Sequence record: LC765218.1
Direction: 5' to 3' (one strand)
DNA length: 64,000 nucleotides
Within the stretch, counting starts at the first letter, position 1; the number at the start of each line of letters is the position of its first letter. Positions 9,572 to 19,244 of the stretch are shown one piece after another. Both the position numbers and the translations under genes were made by a program. Under the pieces are notes generated by a model that searched no databases, had not been told where the DNA came from, and saw nothing but the letters and a program-made list of their open reading frames with translations.

Positions 9572-10459
9572 ATGATTCGAATTACTCAGCTTCACGGTAA
9601 CGGCCTGGCAGATCACTACGATTGTCAGCCCTTTAAATTCCCTGGCGGTGAGATCGGTATCAAGATCCCTCTGAAAGATCACAGAAAGAAAGGTGAACAA
9701 TTCATAGTCAATGCTTGGCTTCGTAATAGCGATGACATCATGGAACTGTTCCTGGTGTTCGATGCTATTCGTCGTCAACGTATTCGTCCTGAAATGCACC
9801 TGGTTATTGGTTATCTGCCGTATGCACGACAAGATCGTGTTTGCGATGAAGGTGAACCTTTGTCGATCAGTGTGATGACTAGCTTGATCAACGCATTGGA
9901 TGCTACATCCGTGTGTTTGTACGATCCGCACAGCAATGTGTCGCTACCGCTCATCAACAACTGTCGTGAAATCACCCAAGCTGATATTATCAAGAGCTGG
10001 GTATGTGTAGAAGGACAACTTCTGGAAACTCCACAAGAATGGTGGTTGGTTGCCCCTGATGAAGGTGCACGTAAAAAGATCGAAGCCATTGCAAAAGAGA
10101 TTGGCGCTGCTGGCGTACTCTACGCTTGCAAGAACCGTGAACTGTCGACTGGTAAGATCACCCATACGTCTTTGTTGAATGCCCATGATGTTCCTCGGTT
10201 AGCAAAGCTGTTGGTTATCGATGACATCTGTGATGGTGGCCGCACGTTCATTGAACTTGCTAAGGTTATCCACGAACAGTGCATCGTAGATCAACTGGGT
10301 CTGTTTGTAACCCATGGTATTTTCTCCAAGGGTTTCGACGAGCTGAACGAATACTACGACTATATCCAGACCACTAACACCTATCATCCTAACGCCGTAA
10401 ATGATTATCGGCATGATGGTGTACGTGACCCGAAATTCTTCTCCCATTCTGTTTTCTAA
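9572..10459 (+). CDS. prs: Ribose-phosphate pyrophosphokinase-like protein (NARP1 Adps-type by context)
   Basis: FKFPGGE, YLPYARQDR, DPHS, VAPDEGA, VIDDICDGGRTF, VTHGIFS. Confidence 0.9.
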   Translation: MIRITQLHGNGLADHYDCQPFKFPGGEIGIKIPLKDHRKKGEQFIVNAWLRNSDDIMELFLVFDAIRRQRIRPEMHLVIGYLPYARQDRVCDEGEPLSISVMTSLINALDATSVCLYDPHSNVSLPLINNCREITQADIIKSWVCVEGQLLETPQEWWLVAPDEGARKKIEAIAKEIGAAGVLYACKNRELSTGKITHTSLLNAHDVPRLAKLLVIDDICDGGRTFIELAKVIHEQCIVDQLGLFVTHGIFSKGFDELNEYYDYIQTTNTYHPNAVNDYRHDGVRDPKFFSHSVF

Positions 10460-10475
10460 TCCGAGGATCAAAAAT

Positions 10476-12242
10476 ATGTCTAATGCTCTCTATGCTGCAA
10501 CTGCTACTGACTGCTACAAACCCGGTCATGGTGCTCTGTACCCGAAAGGTACTGAACGTAAATATGCTAACTTCACCCCGCGCTCTGCTAAGCAGTTCCT
10601 GCGGTCGAAGTCTTGCTCTGCGTTCTACGATAACAAAGTCGTTAACTTCGGGTTGCAAGGTACCTGGCACGAACTGGTAGAACTGTGGGATCGCACCTTC
10701 TTCAATCTGCCTCGTGAAATTGCCGTCAAACGTGCACAACGTCGTTTCGACAACATGTGCGGTAAAGGCGTAATCAAACATGAGTGTCTGTACAAACTAC
10801 ATGAACTGGGTTATCTGCCTCTGACTGTACTGGCTATTGATGAAGGTGAACGTGTTAACATTGGTGTTCCAACTTTCGTAGTTTACAACAGTCTGGATGA
10901 CGATGATCATTACTGGCTGGTGAACTATCTGGAAACCATCGTTAGTTCGTACAACTGGAAAATGATTTGCAACGCAACCATCGCTGCTGAATACCAACGT
11001 GTATTGAACCATTATGCTGACCGTACTTGCGATAACCGTGAGCACGTTAAGTTCCAAGCACATGATTTCAGCTTCCGTGGTATGAGTGGCCCTGAAGATG
11101 CAATGCGTTCTGGCTCGGCTCACCTGACTAGCTTCGCTGGTACTGATACCATCCCGGCACTTGATTACGCTGAGATGTATTACGGTGCTAATAGCGATAC
11201 TGAACTGTTGGGTGCTTCGGTTACTGCAACCGAACACGCTGTAGCCACTACCAACATCCTGTACCGTTTGCAAATGAAGATCAACTTCCTCAAAGAGGAA
11301 GGTACTGTGATCACGCCGGAACTGCATGACAAACTGCGACTGGAAGCTGAACGTGACTACATTCTGGAGATCATTCTTCAGAAAGTTCCGGAAGGCATCA
11401 TCTCGCTGGTCTGTGATTCCTTCGACTTCTGGGGTGTTATCTCTGATGTTCTCCCGAGCATCCGTGCAGAAATCGAAAGTCGTCTGAAGAATGAACTTGG
11501 CCTTGCCAGGGTTGTTGTTCGTCCTGACTCCGGTGATCCGGTTAAAGTTATTACTGGCTACATGGCTTACCCGACTGAGTTTGCAGATCGCGCTGATTTC
11601 GAGAAGCACATCGGTGAACTGGGGTCCATTGAGTTCAGTGGCTACGAAGTTGTACGTATCGCAGGCGAATACTACGAGATCAATCACATTGCTTCGTTGC
11701 TCTCCGATTTCCTGTCTGAAAAGACTATCCCGGAAGTTGAAGTACGTGGTGCGATTGAAGTCCTGTGGGATTCCTTTGGCGGTACTGTTAACGGTAAAGG
11801 CTTCAAATGCCTGAACGAATATGTTGGCCTGATCTATGGCGATTCGATTACTGTAGAACGTACCGAGCAGATCATGTCTCGCTTGGAACGTAAAGGCTAC
11901 GCCTCTAGTAACGTCGTTCTCGGTATTGGTAGCTACACCTATCAGTACAACACTCGCGATACGTTCGGTATGGCCGTTAAAGCCACTGCTGTTCAGATCG
12001 AAGAGGAATTCGTAGAGCTGTATAAAGATCCAAAAGCTGCATCTAGTAAGAAGTCTGCAAAAGGTTTCCTTCGTGTAATTAAAGATGAAGAAGGTAACTT
12101 CGTTCTTGAACAAGAAGCCGACATGTCTTGGGCGACTCTGGAGACAGAATCCGGCGAATTGAAGCTGTTCTTTAAGAATGGTGAATTCTACAAGAACGAC
12201 ACGATGGCAAAAATCCGGGAACGGATTGCGACCTCTCTGTAA
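10476..12242 (+). CDS. nadV: Nicotinamide phosphoribosyltransferase-like protein (NARP1 Namat-type by context)
   Basis: TDCYKPGH, HDFSFRG, GTDT, ATEHAV, CDSFD, VRPDSGDP, LIYGDSIT, GIGSYTYQ..RDTFG.AVKA; AGGA RBS before ATG 10476. Confidence 0.92.
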   Translation: MSNALYAATATDCYKPGHGALYPKGTERKYANFTPRSAKQFLRSKSCSAFYDNKVVNFGLQGTWHELVELWDRTFFNLPREIAVKRAQRRFDNMCGKGVIKHECLYKLHELGYLPLTVLAIDEGERVNIGVPTFVVYNSLDDDDHYWLVNYLETIVSSYNWKMICNATIAAEYQRVLNHYADRTCDNREHVKFQAHDFSFRGMSGPEDAMRSGSAHLTSFAGTDTIPALDYAEMYYGANSDTELLGASVTATEHAVATTNILYRLQMKINFLKEEGTVITPELHDKLRLEAERDYILEIILQKVPEGIISLVCDSFDFWGVISDVLPSIRAEIESRLKNELGLARVVVRPDSGDPVKVITGYMAYPTEFADRADFEKHIGELGSIEFSGYEVVRIAGEYYEINHIASLLSDFLSEKTIPEVEVRGAIEVLWDSFGGTVNGKGFKCLNEYVGLIYGDSITVERTEQIMSRLERKGYASSNVVLGIGSYTYQYNTRDTFGMAVKATAVQIEEEFVELYKDPKAASSKKSAKGFLRVIKDEEGNFVLEQEADMSWATLETESGELKLFFKNGEFYKNDTMAKIRERIATSL

Positions 12243-12249
12243 TAGACAT

Positions 12250-12267
12250 GGGGAGCTTCGGCTCCCC
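12250..12267 (+). terminator. Stem-loop terminator, UUCG
   Basis: GGGGAGC-TTCG-GCTCCCC-TTT. Confidence 0.85.
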
Positions 12268-12294
12268 TTTATGTCATAAAAAAGATTTCAAATC

Positions 12295-12302
12295 TATATT
12301 AC
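12295..12302 (+). promoter_or_regulatory. phiKZ-type early promoter core
   Basis: CTATATTAC after AT-rich tract. Confidence 0.75.
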
Positions 12303-12331
12303 TCTCTTGTATCCACAACGAGGTAACTGCA

Positions 12332-12730
12332 ATGTCGAATAAAGACCGTTTAGATGAAAAGAAAGAATGGCAAGAATCGAACCCAGTTCTCAATGAGTTC
12401 TGCTGGACTATAAGTCGTACCATGGGCGACGTAGCACGTACCAGTGACGACCGTACTCCCATTGTCGATATCCCTGCTGGAAAGACTTATGAAATCACTA
12501 CCAACCAGGAGAACGATATTTATAATGTCGGTCTTGAAACTGGTATGGTGAACTTCGTTGATCACCTACGCGAGAATGGTTACAAGATCATCTCGCCGGT
12601 AAGTGGGCATCCTGTCCCATTTGAGCAAGCTGTAACCTTGGTAAATAGCACAGAGCAGGTCGTACAAGAACTACCTGGTAAGTCTTTCGTTGAAACCTTC
12701 TATGATTATAACTGGGGTGTGAATACATGA
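12332..12730 (+). CDS. Hypothetical protein
   Basis: GAGG RBS before ATG 12332. Confidence 0.7.
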   Translation: MSNKDRLDEKKEWQESNPVLNEFCWTISRTMGDVARTSDDRTPIVDIPAGKTYEITTNQENDIYNVGLETGMVNFVDHLRENGYKIISPVSGHPVPFEQAVTLVNSTEQVVQELPGKSFVETFYDYNWGVNT

Positions 12731-12933
12731 TCGCAGCGCCGCCGACACCGGGTAAAGTAACGATAGATGGTTTACGTCGAACGTTGTCAGATCAGATTGA
12801 AGCTGAAATTTCATTGGCTTGTCGTGAAATTGAACTGACAGACATTCGTTATGTAGATCAAAAAGAAATACTCGAAATAGTGCGGCGGTTCCGTAATGAC
12901 GTTCGCACAACCATCACTGATAAAGGTAAATAA
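12727..12933 (+). CDS. Hypothetical protein
   Basis: ATGA-coupled ORF. Confidence 0.6.
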   Translation: MIAAPPTPGKVTIDGLRRTLSDQIEAEISLACREIELTDIRYVDQKEILEIVRRFRNDVRTTITDKGK

Positions 12934-12934
12934 A

Positions 12935-14290
12935 ATGACGATTGAAATGGATGAATTGAAACCGATCCGCGAAGGTTTTGGTGTAGTAGAAGAAACTCGT
13001 AAGCTTGCACGCATTGTTGAGATCGATGATGTTGTGAAACACCCTAATGCCGATGCTCTGGAATTGGCTATTGTTGGTGGTTGGCAACTTTGTGTAAAGA
13101 TGGGCGAATATAAGAAAGGTGATCGCGCTATTTACTGCGAGATTGATTCTCTTCTTCCTCTGGATAACGTTAAGCTCTTCGGTTTTCTTGAGAGCCGTCG
13201 GTCCGACAATCGACGTGTAGACGGTAAAAACTATCATCGTTTGAAAACTATCAAGCTTCGTAAAGAGCTCTCTCAAGGACTACTGGTTCCGATTCCCGAT
13301 GAGTTCAAAGATGAACCCGTTGATACTAACCTGACCCTGAAGCTGGGTATCCTTAAGTACGAGTCTGCTCCTCCGATGGTATCGAAGGCTCATGCAGCAC
13401 GTAACGCTCCGTGGATCGTTAAGCTTGGTGCCAAGCTGATTGGTAATCTGGGTGGCGCTCTGAAACCGTGGCCTGAGATGCTAACTAAGTCCGATCAAGA
13501 CCGCATTCAGAATAAGACCGTTGCGTTTTATAACCTGAAAGAAGACGGTGATGACATGGAAGTTACCTATAAGCTGGATGGTAGCTCCATGACCGTATTC
13601 TGTGTCGATGACAAAGGTATTCGTACTGGCGTTTGTTCGCGGAACTACGAACTCGGAATGGGTGGTGAGAAGTGGGGATTCATCCAGCAGCTTCGGTATT
13701 GGGTTGGTAACTTCCTTATCCGTAACCGTAATCTGTTCCGTAAGAAGACCTGGGTTACTCCAGAAGGTAAACTTCGTAATGGTATTATTCTGCCCCTTTG
13801 GACGAAAGGTACCGCTATCGAAGACAATAACTTCGTACGTGTAACTAACCAACAACAGATCATCGAACGTCTTCTCAAGTTCCACAAGAACACCGGTCGC
13901 TTCATTTCTGTACAAGGGGAACTGATTGGACCATCTATTCAAGATAACTTTGAAGAAGTGGCTGATTACGATTATTACATCTTCAACGTATATGAGGATG
14001 GTAATCGTGAACTCCTGCCGGCCGAAGCACGAGCTGTTGTAAAAGACCTTGGTCTGAATTATGTTCCCGTACTTGACCCGTGCTGGAAACCTTCTAAGGA
14101 AATGTCTGTTAAAGATGTTCTCGCTATGGCTGAAGGTCCATCTGCATTTAAGAACAAGCGCGGATACCGGGAAGGTCTGGTATTTAAGTCCAACCAACGT
14201 GTTCTGTCGTGGAAAGCCATTTCGACTAATTATCTCTTGAAGAAAGAGAAAGAAGAAGAGAAAGCAGCTGCTAAAGAAGACGCTGTATAA
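12935..14290 (+). CDS. ATP-dependent RNA ligase, Rnl2/DRB0094-like, with N-terminal OB-like domain
   Basis: KHPNADALE, YCEIDSLLP, motif I YKLDGSS, QGELIG, REGLVFK, WKAIS. Confidence 0.9.
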   Translation: MTIEMDELKPIREGFGVVEETRKLARIVEIDDVVKHPNADALELAIVGGWQLCVKMGEYKKGDRAIYCEIDSLLPLDNVKLFGFLESRRSDNRRVDGKNYHRLKTIKLRKELSQGLLVPIPDEFKDEPVDTNLTLKLGILKYESAPPMVSKAHAARNAPWIVKLGAKLIGNLGGALKPWPEMLTKSDQDRIQNKTVAFYNLKEDGDDMEVTYKLDGSSMTVFCVDDKGIRTGVCSRNYELGMGGEKWGFIQQLRYWVGNFLIRNRNLFRKKTWVTPEGKLRNGIILPLWTKGTAIEDNNFVRVTNQQQIIERLLKFHKNTGRFISVQGELIGPSIQDNFEEVADYDYYIFNVYEDGNRELLPAEARAVVKDLGLNYVPVLDPCWKPSKEMSVKDVLAMAEGPSAFKNKRGYREGLVFKSNQRVLSWKAISTNYLLKKEKEEEKAAAKEDAV

Positions 14291-14297
14291 CGACATA

Positions 14298-14317
14298 AAG
14301 GGAGCTCTAGCTCCCTT
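14298..14317 (+). terminator. Stem-loop terminator
   Basis: AAGGGAGC-TCTA-GCTCCCTT plus T-run. Confidence 0.85.
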
Positions 14318-14343
14318 TTTATTTTTGTCAAGAAGGTGAATAT

Positions 14344-14730
14344 ATGTCACAAGCTCTAAAATTCCTGACTCGTAATTTGGATAGTGAAGAACTATACCTG
14401 ATATTGAACTGGAAGACCGATAAGGTTCTCTCTCCTATTCTTCAGACAGTTGGTATCCTATCTGAAGAAATGGGTGAAGAAGGGCGACGCGTCTACTATA
14501 AGTTCGATAACGCCATTTGGAAACTTTGTCGACTTATCCGGGCCGAACATAATCTTCCAGAGTTCCAAGAAGATCTCATCAGTGTTGTTCGCAACTACTT
14601 TAAGTTTATCTGGCGTGACGATGGATTCAATATTGTTATCTTTGAAGAACCTGGATATGCTCGTGTCGAGTATAGTACTACCATTGACGTAATGGACATC
14701 TTCCATGAAGGTAAACCTCGTCGGCTCTAA
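14344..14730 (+). CDS. Hypothetical protein
   Basis: ORF with RBS. Confidence 0.65.
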   Translation: MSQALKFLTRNLDSEELYLILNWKTDKVLSPILQTVGILSEEMGEEGRRVYYKFDNAIWKLCRLIRAEHNLPEFQEDLISVVRNYFKFIWRDDGFNIVIFEEPGYARVEYSTTIDVMDIFHEGKPRRL

Positions 14731-14986
14731 GAAAACCATAACTGCATTGCTGTATAACAACAATGTATATTCGTTTGCTTTCTTTGCTGAGACAATCAGG
14801 AAAGCTATTGAAGCGTATGACCCAAATCAGCGCTTCACCATCAGCTATCGTCGTTATATGCCACTATGGCAGAAAATCCGGATGACGATATTCCGCCAAT
14901 ACTCGGATCAGATGTATGTCAATCAAATAAGGATCCAGCTTCAGACGGACAAAACCTGGGAAACTATTCTTGACGTAGAGGGATAA
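14705..14986 (+). CDS. Hypothetical protein
   Basis: Packed ORF. Confidence 0.55.
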   Translation: MKVNLVGSKKTITALLYNNNVYSFAFFAETIRKAIEAYDPNQRFTISYRRYMPLWQKIRMTIFRQYSDQMYVNQIRIQLQTDKTWETILDVEG

Positions 14987-14988
14987 AC

Positions 14989-15438
14989 ATGTCAATATTT
15001 TACCGTTACGCTAGTCAACCTAAAACAGAAATTGTTTGGTGGAATCCCATTAGTTGGATTAAACGTGGTTGGCAAGAACTCACCACAGCTAATGCATCTG
15101 ATGGACACACGTTCTTTACAGCGTTATATTTCTGTTCTCTCCTTCTGTCAATGTGGTTGATCCATATTCTATTCGTGGGTTGGTTCCGTTGTCTGTTTAT
15201 ACCTCGGTGTTGGATTGGTCGAGTTGATCAGCTGAAGGAAGGTTACATTTATGATTGGGGTACTTACACGAAAGAGGCTAGAGAATGTATTCTAGCTAAT
15301 TCTGATAGCCCTCACGCAATTGTAAAAATCGTTGAACGAGTTAATCCAATCTTCATGGCAGATGAAGGTTTCTGTAGTATATACTCACCTAACTACAAAT
15401 GGAAACGAAGCTGGCGTGAACTTTTTTCTCGGAATTAG
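14989..15438 (+). CDS. Hypothetical membrane protein
   Basis: Hydrophobic central segment. Confidence 0.6.
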   Translation: MSIFYRYASQPKTEIVWWNPISWIKRGWQELTTANASDGHTFFTALYFCSLLLSMWLIHILFVGWFRCLFIPRCWIGRVDQLKEGYIYDWGTYTKEARECILANSDSPHAIVKIVERVNPIFMADEGFCSIYSPNYKWKRSWRELFSRN

Positions 15439-15490
15439 AAAATACCGAGTTAACTGATAATGTGTTATTAACTATAAACAGGAAACGAAA

Positions 15491-16048
15491 ATGTCTCAAG
15501 AAATCGATTTGACTGTATCTCCGCTGGAACCTCGTAAAGAGACTCCCCTACAACCGACTGACGTTTTTGACATCGTCCGTAAGTGTGGTCTTACTGAAGA
15601 CTTTAAACGTCTCTGCTATGAAGATGCCACTCCAGAAGAACTCGATTTTAATCCTGACGTAGTTACTGTCTACCGTCATGATCTCGGATTGAAATTCCTT
15701 CGTGGTAAAAATCTGCCGACTACGCTGGAAGATCTGAAGGATCGAACTGAAGTTCTGTTTGAAACCATGACTGCTGGTAAGATTGACTATAAAGCCGGTG
15801 AAATGATTGTTCTTTTCCCTCGCCCTGTTTATAGTGGTAGCGATCTTAAAAATAACATGGTCATTGCCATTGTTAAAGAAGACTTTAAGTTCGAATCTGA
15901 CGTAGATCTTAACTGTGGCGGCGAAGAGAATTTCGAAATTGCGATGCGCCCCTATGTAGAAGGTGGACAACTGGAACTGGTTACTAATCCTGGTCTTCGT
16001 GTGTATAGCGCGTATGAACGTTGGACTTTCCTGGAACGGTTTAAATGA
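15491..16048 (+). CDS. Hypothetical protein
   Basis: ORF with RBS. Confidence 0.7.
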   Translation: MSQEIDLTVSPLEPRKETPLQPTDVFDIVRKCGLTEDFKRLCYEDATPEELDFNPDVVTVYRHDLGLKFLRGKNLPTTLEDLKDRTEVLFETMTAGKIDYKAGEMIVLFPRPVYSGSDLKNNMVIAIVKEDFKFESDVDLNCGGEENFEIAMRPYVEGGQLELVTNPGLRVYSAYERWTFLERFK

Positions 16049-16614
16049 AAATTCTTGAACAACTGACACAAAAAGGTCTGCTTGACGAATTCATTTCTGA
16101 ATTTTGTACGACCTCTGCTCTCGGTCCACAAGTTATTTCAGATCGTCTTCCCGATGCCAAGAAATGGTTGGAAAGTCATTCTATCACATTTGAGTCGAAG
16201 GGGAGCATCGAAAGAACCCCTCGGCTCATTGCAGAATCTGATTTCCGTATTGATCAATGGATGCGTGTTGTAAACAATAAGCTGGACTATCTTGAGACAG
16301 CTTATGATAAAGCAATTGAACAAGGGGTTAGTCTAAATAACAGCTTCTTCAATTACGATATCAGTGTCCTGTATACTCTTGATAAAAAGCGTCTAGATGC
16401 TTACCCAATAACTGTCGCTCGGGTTAGAGCCTTTGCAGAGAAGATCGGTGCGCAACCTTATCGTCTTCTTAATGGCGATATTAATACGAGGATAGCTTAT
16501 GAGGAAGAATACTACGCCGCGTACGTCAAGGAACCATATAAGGCGATCATGGGAAACCCCGACTACTACAAGGAAACCATCGAAGCCGCGAATGAATGCT
16601 ACGGACGTCCGTGA
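16045..16614 (+). CDS. Hypothetical protein
   Basis: ATGA-coupled ORF. Confidence 0.7.
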   Translation: MKILEQLTQKGLLDEFISEFCTTSALGPQVISDRLPDAKKWLESHSITFESKGSIERTPRLIAESDFRIDQWMRVVNNKLDYLETAYDKAIEQGVSLNNSFFNYDISVLYTLDKKRLDAYPITVARVRAFAEKIGAQPYRLLNGDINTRIAYEEEYYAAYVKEPYKAIMGNPDYYKETIEAANECYGRP

Positions 16615-16870
16615 TATTTATCGCGACATCGAATCGTTAGTTCCTGTCCCACCTCCATTGAAAGAACCAATTCCAGTGAGTGTCGATCCAGTCTATTCGA
16701 CGATAGACATAGATTGGAATGAGAAGAAATCTGGTGTCAAGTTTGTACCCAGAGAACGATTCAATCTGTTTGACGGTATATCGCCGTGGACATGGTTCTG
16801 CATCGCCTTTCTCTCTGGATGTTGGATTGGTATCGAAATCATTAGCGCTTACTTAACGAGGTCATTATGA
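16592..16870 (+). CDS. Hypothetical protein, C-terminal TM
   Basis: Likely start MNATDV; hydrophobic C-terminus. Confidence 0.6.
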   Translation: MNATDVRDIYRDIESLVPVPPPLKEPIPVSVDPVYSTIDIDWNEKKSGVKFVPRERFNLFDGISPWTWFCIAFLSGCWIGIEIISAYLTRSL

Positions 16871-17178
16871 GTCTGCTCCTTTCTGCTTGTCAACGACTGC
16901 ATGCTATCGCCACTGTTGGTTTCCCCAACTATCTAAAAGATCGAGCTACTTTTGTTGGAGATAAGGAGTATATTCTCCAGGTAATTGCACATTTCGAAAA
17001 GTATCACTGGACTGAACAGTTGAGTGAAGCTATCAATGATTATGTACGCAGTCGTAAGAAAGCGCGTACATGGACAGTCACCGTTGTACCTTCGATTCTT
17101 CAACCTGGTACAGCTCTGTTTAAGTTCAAAGGTGACGATGGTAGTACTCTTTCTATTCGCATTAGGAAAGCTCTATGA
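16867..17178 (+). CDS. Hypothetical protein
   Basis: ATGA-coupled ORF. Confidence 0.65.
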   Translation: MSLLLSACQRLHAIATVGFPNYLKDRATFVGDKEYILQVIAHFEKYHWTEQLSEAINDYVRSRKKARTWTVTVVPSILQPGTALFKFKGDDGSTLSIRIRKAL

Positions 17179-17237
17179 GAGACGATTATGAAGGTTTCTG
17201 ATTCTTGGGAAGACTACATCTTCTCTTAACGTCATAT

Positions 17238-17259
17238 AAGCCCGGCGTTAGCTGGGCTT
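17238..17259 (+). terminator. Stem-loop terminator
   Basis: AAGCCCGGC-GTTA-GCTGGGCTT. Confidence 0.75.
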
Positions 17260-17280
17260 TATATCGATTAGGGTATTCCG

Positions 17281-17748
17281 ATGTCAGCAAAAAATAAAAT
17301 CAACATAGATCTATACGAAGTGTATCTCCGCTTCATTTATTTGAATCAGGCGATAAAACTTCCACGTACTGAATTCGAGCAATTCAAAAAAGAGTTTGTC
17401 AGAAAGGTACGCTATTTTTATAAAAACGTAACCAGAGCTCCTCTCATCTGGAACAATAGTCATTATCTCGTTCAACTTTACAGAGTAATGGTTGAAGAAG
17501 ATAAAGAAGCTATTCAAAAAGAAATTCAAACCGAACTCGATTGGCTGTTCGATATTTGTCGTATTTGGATCGACTCTCCTAATTGGAATGGAGTCGGTGT
17601 AGATGAGTATGTTTACCGAACAGATCTATTCCATATCGAATCTTATTACAGATGGGTTTGGAATAGAAGGGCAGAAATTGTTTATCCTCCCTTCTCAGAA
17701 ATCAAAGAAATCTACATCGCCATCGAAAAAGAACTTGAAGGAAAATAA
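17281..17748 (+). CDS. Hypothetical protein
   Basis: ORF. Confidence 0.65.
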   Translation: MSAKNKINIDLYEVYLRFIYLNQAIKLPRTEFEQFKKEFVRKVRYFYKNVTRAPLIWNNSHYLVQLYRVMVEEDKEAIQKEIQTELDWLFDICRIWIDSPNWNGVGVDEYVYRTDLFHIESYYRWVWNRRAEIVYPPFSEIKEIYIAIEKELEGK

Positions 17749-17749
17749 A

Positions 17750-18310
17750 ATGCAATCCAACAGTATCCGTAATCAAATCCTCGTTATGACCGATGACCCT
17801 GCTACCAGCCTGGCTATTCGCAATGTGCTTTCTAATGGGTTGACATCTCTTGGTCTTAACCACGAAGTAATGCACACCGGTCGTGAAGACTATGATAATC
17901 TCGATCCCGCTGTAATCTTGGGTAAGTTCAAAGAAGACAAGTATCATCTCACTGTCAGTGAACATGCTATTCATCCATGTGGAACCAAAGTGTCTCCACC
18001 GGTGAATAATGCAATTAACCCACTTTGGAGTAAAGAACTCCGCATTGCTGTTCTTGGTGGTACTCATCGTGGTAAATTAATTCTGTGTAGCGCCATTTAC
18101 CACATTCTGGTAGAACACCTGAAACTGGTTGATGCTAACAAGTTCACTCTACGTGATATCGATGGTCCTCGTTTCGCCATCGAGTGTCCTCTTGGTACAG
18201 AGCATTGGCCTGCTGCGGCTGAAGCCATTAGTCGTTGGGGTATCGATCTGCGTTCGGTGTTCCTGGAATCTACCCAGAGTCTCGATCCGATTCTGCGTCG
18301 CTCCATCTGA
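17750..18310 (+). CDS. Hypothetical protein
   Basis: Start MQSNS directly after upstream stop. Confidence 0.65.
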   Translation: MQSNSIRNQILVMTDDPATSLAIRNVLSNGLTSLGLNHEVMHTGREDYDNLDPAVILGKFKEDKYHLTVSEHAIHPCGTKVSPPVNNAINPLWSKELRIAVLGGTHRGKLILCSAIYHILVEHLKLVDANKFTLRDIDGPRFAIECPLGTEHWPAAAEAISRWGIDLRSVFLESTQSLDPILRRSI

Positions 18311-18315
18311 ATCAC

Positions 18316-18333
18316 GGGGAGCTTCGGCTCCCC
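18316..18333 (+). terminator. Stem-loop terminator, UUCG
   Basis: GGGGAGC-TTCG-GCTCCCC plus T-rich. Confidence 0.85.
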
Positions 18334-18374
18334 TTTGTTCTTTTCTTTTTTTGCATTTAAATACATTAAAAACC

Positions 18375-18382
18375 TATATTAC
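18375..18382 (+). promoter_or_regulatory. phiKZ-type early promoter core
   Basis: TTAAAAACCTATATTAC. Confidence 0.75.
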
Positions 18383-18454
18383 CAATTTGATATTCGTAAA
18401 GATATCATTCAAATACGTAAAGAAGATCATCGATAGTCCATAGAGGAATGTTCC

Positions 18455-18859
18455 ATGAACACCGAAATCCAAACCAGCGTACATATCACCATTCTGCAAC
18501 GCATTGCAGAAGCTGTATTCGTTTACTATAATAACGCTTTCCGTCGTGAAGCTGCTAATGCCCTCCCCACTGTTGAGGTTGGTGACGCTACTGTTACCTT
18601 CCATCATCGCTCCGTTGATCGTCGCCTGAGCTATGTCGTTGCTGAAGTAAAGGTATCTGATCGTCTGTGGAACGTCGTACAGGAATATAGCTATGGCGTC
18701 CCTGGTGGCATTGACTTCCAACTAGTTGGAGGTACAGTTTCTGATGACATCATTTCGGATATGGAAGAAGTGAACAGTTTGTTTACAGAGGCAGTTGCAT
18801 ACTGTTCCTCTAACTTCGATCAATACGGTAAACCTATCACGGTTAAAACTAAAGTCTAA
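18455..18859 (+). CDS. Hypothetical protein
   Basis: GAGG RBS. Confidence 0.7.
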   Translation: MNTEIQTSVHITILQRIAEAVFVYYNNAFRREAANALPTVEVGDATVTFHHRSVDRRLSYVVAEVKVSDRLWNVVQEYSYGVPGGIDFQLVGGTVSDDIISDMEEVNSLFTEAVAYCSSNFDQYGKPITVKTKV

Positions 18860-18895
18860 CTGTTTCTTCTAACCCACATTGCAAGGATTTAATTT

Positions 18896-19234
18896 ATGGA
18901 TACCGATAAGCGTTATCAAGAGCTGTGGAAGAAAACAATAGTCATGGTTGTCACCGATACGGTCATGTCGCATCCAAGTTGCTTGGATAAAGAGCATGTA
19001 CATTTCTGCGATGGGACACAGGTGATAATCGGTGATACCAGTTTTGATCCGGAAGTAAAAACCTGGACAATCGCCGTAGGTACCGGTCCTGGTATCCTTC
19101 ACTTCGATGTGACCGTTCATGACGGTGGCGTAATAATTAATGACTACGCTAGTCGCGGTTGTATCGAATCTGCTGAGCTATACCGTGACTGTGCGCAGGT
19201 TCTTGTGAAATGGGCCGAGTATGTAACTCGATAA
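18896..19234 (+). CDS. Hypothetical protein
   Basis: AAGGA RBS. Confidence 0.7.
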   Translation: MDTDKRYQELWKKTIVMVVTDTVMSHPSCLDKEHVHFCDGTQVIIGDTSFDPEVKTWTIAVGTGPGILHFDVTVHDGGVIINDYASRGCIESAELYRDCAQVLVKWAEYVTR

Positions 19235-19244
19235 GGAAAAAGTA

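Noticed and set aside
8568-14350. Long antisense ORFs (8568-9503, 10797-12113, 13481-14350; also 27409-28077)
   Set aside because: They mirror strongly codon-biased sense genes, have no motifs or RBS, and are best explained as shadow ORFs
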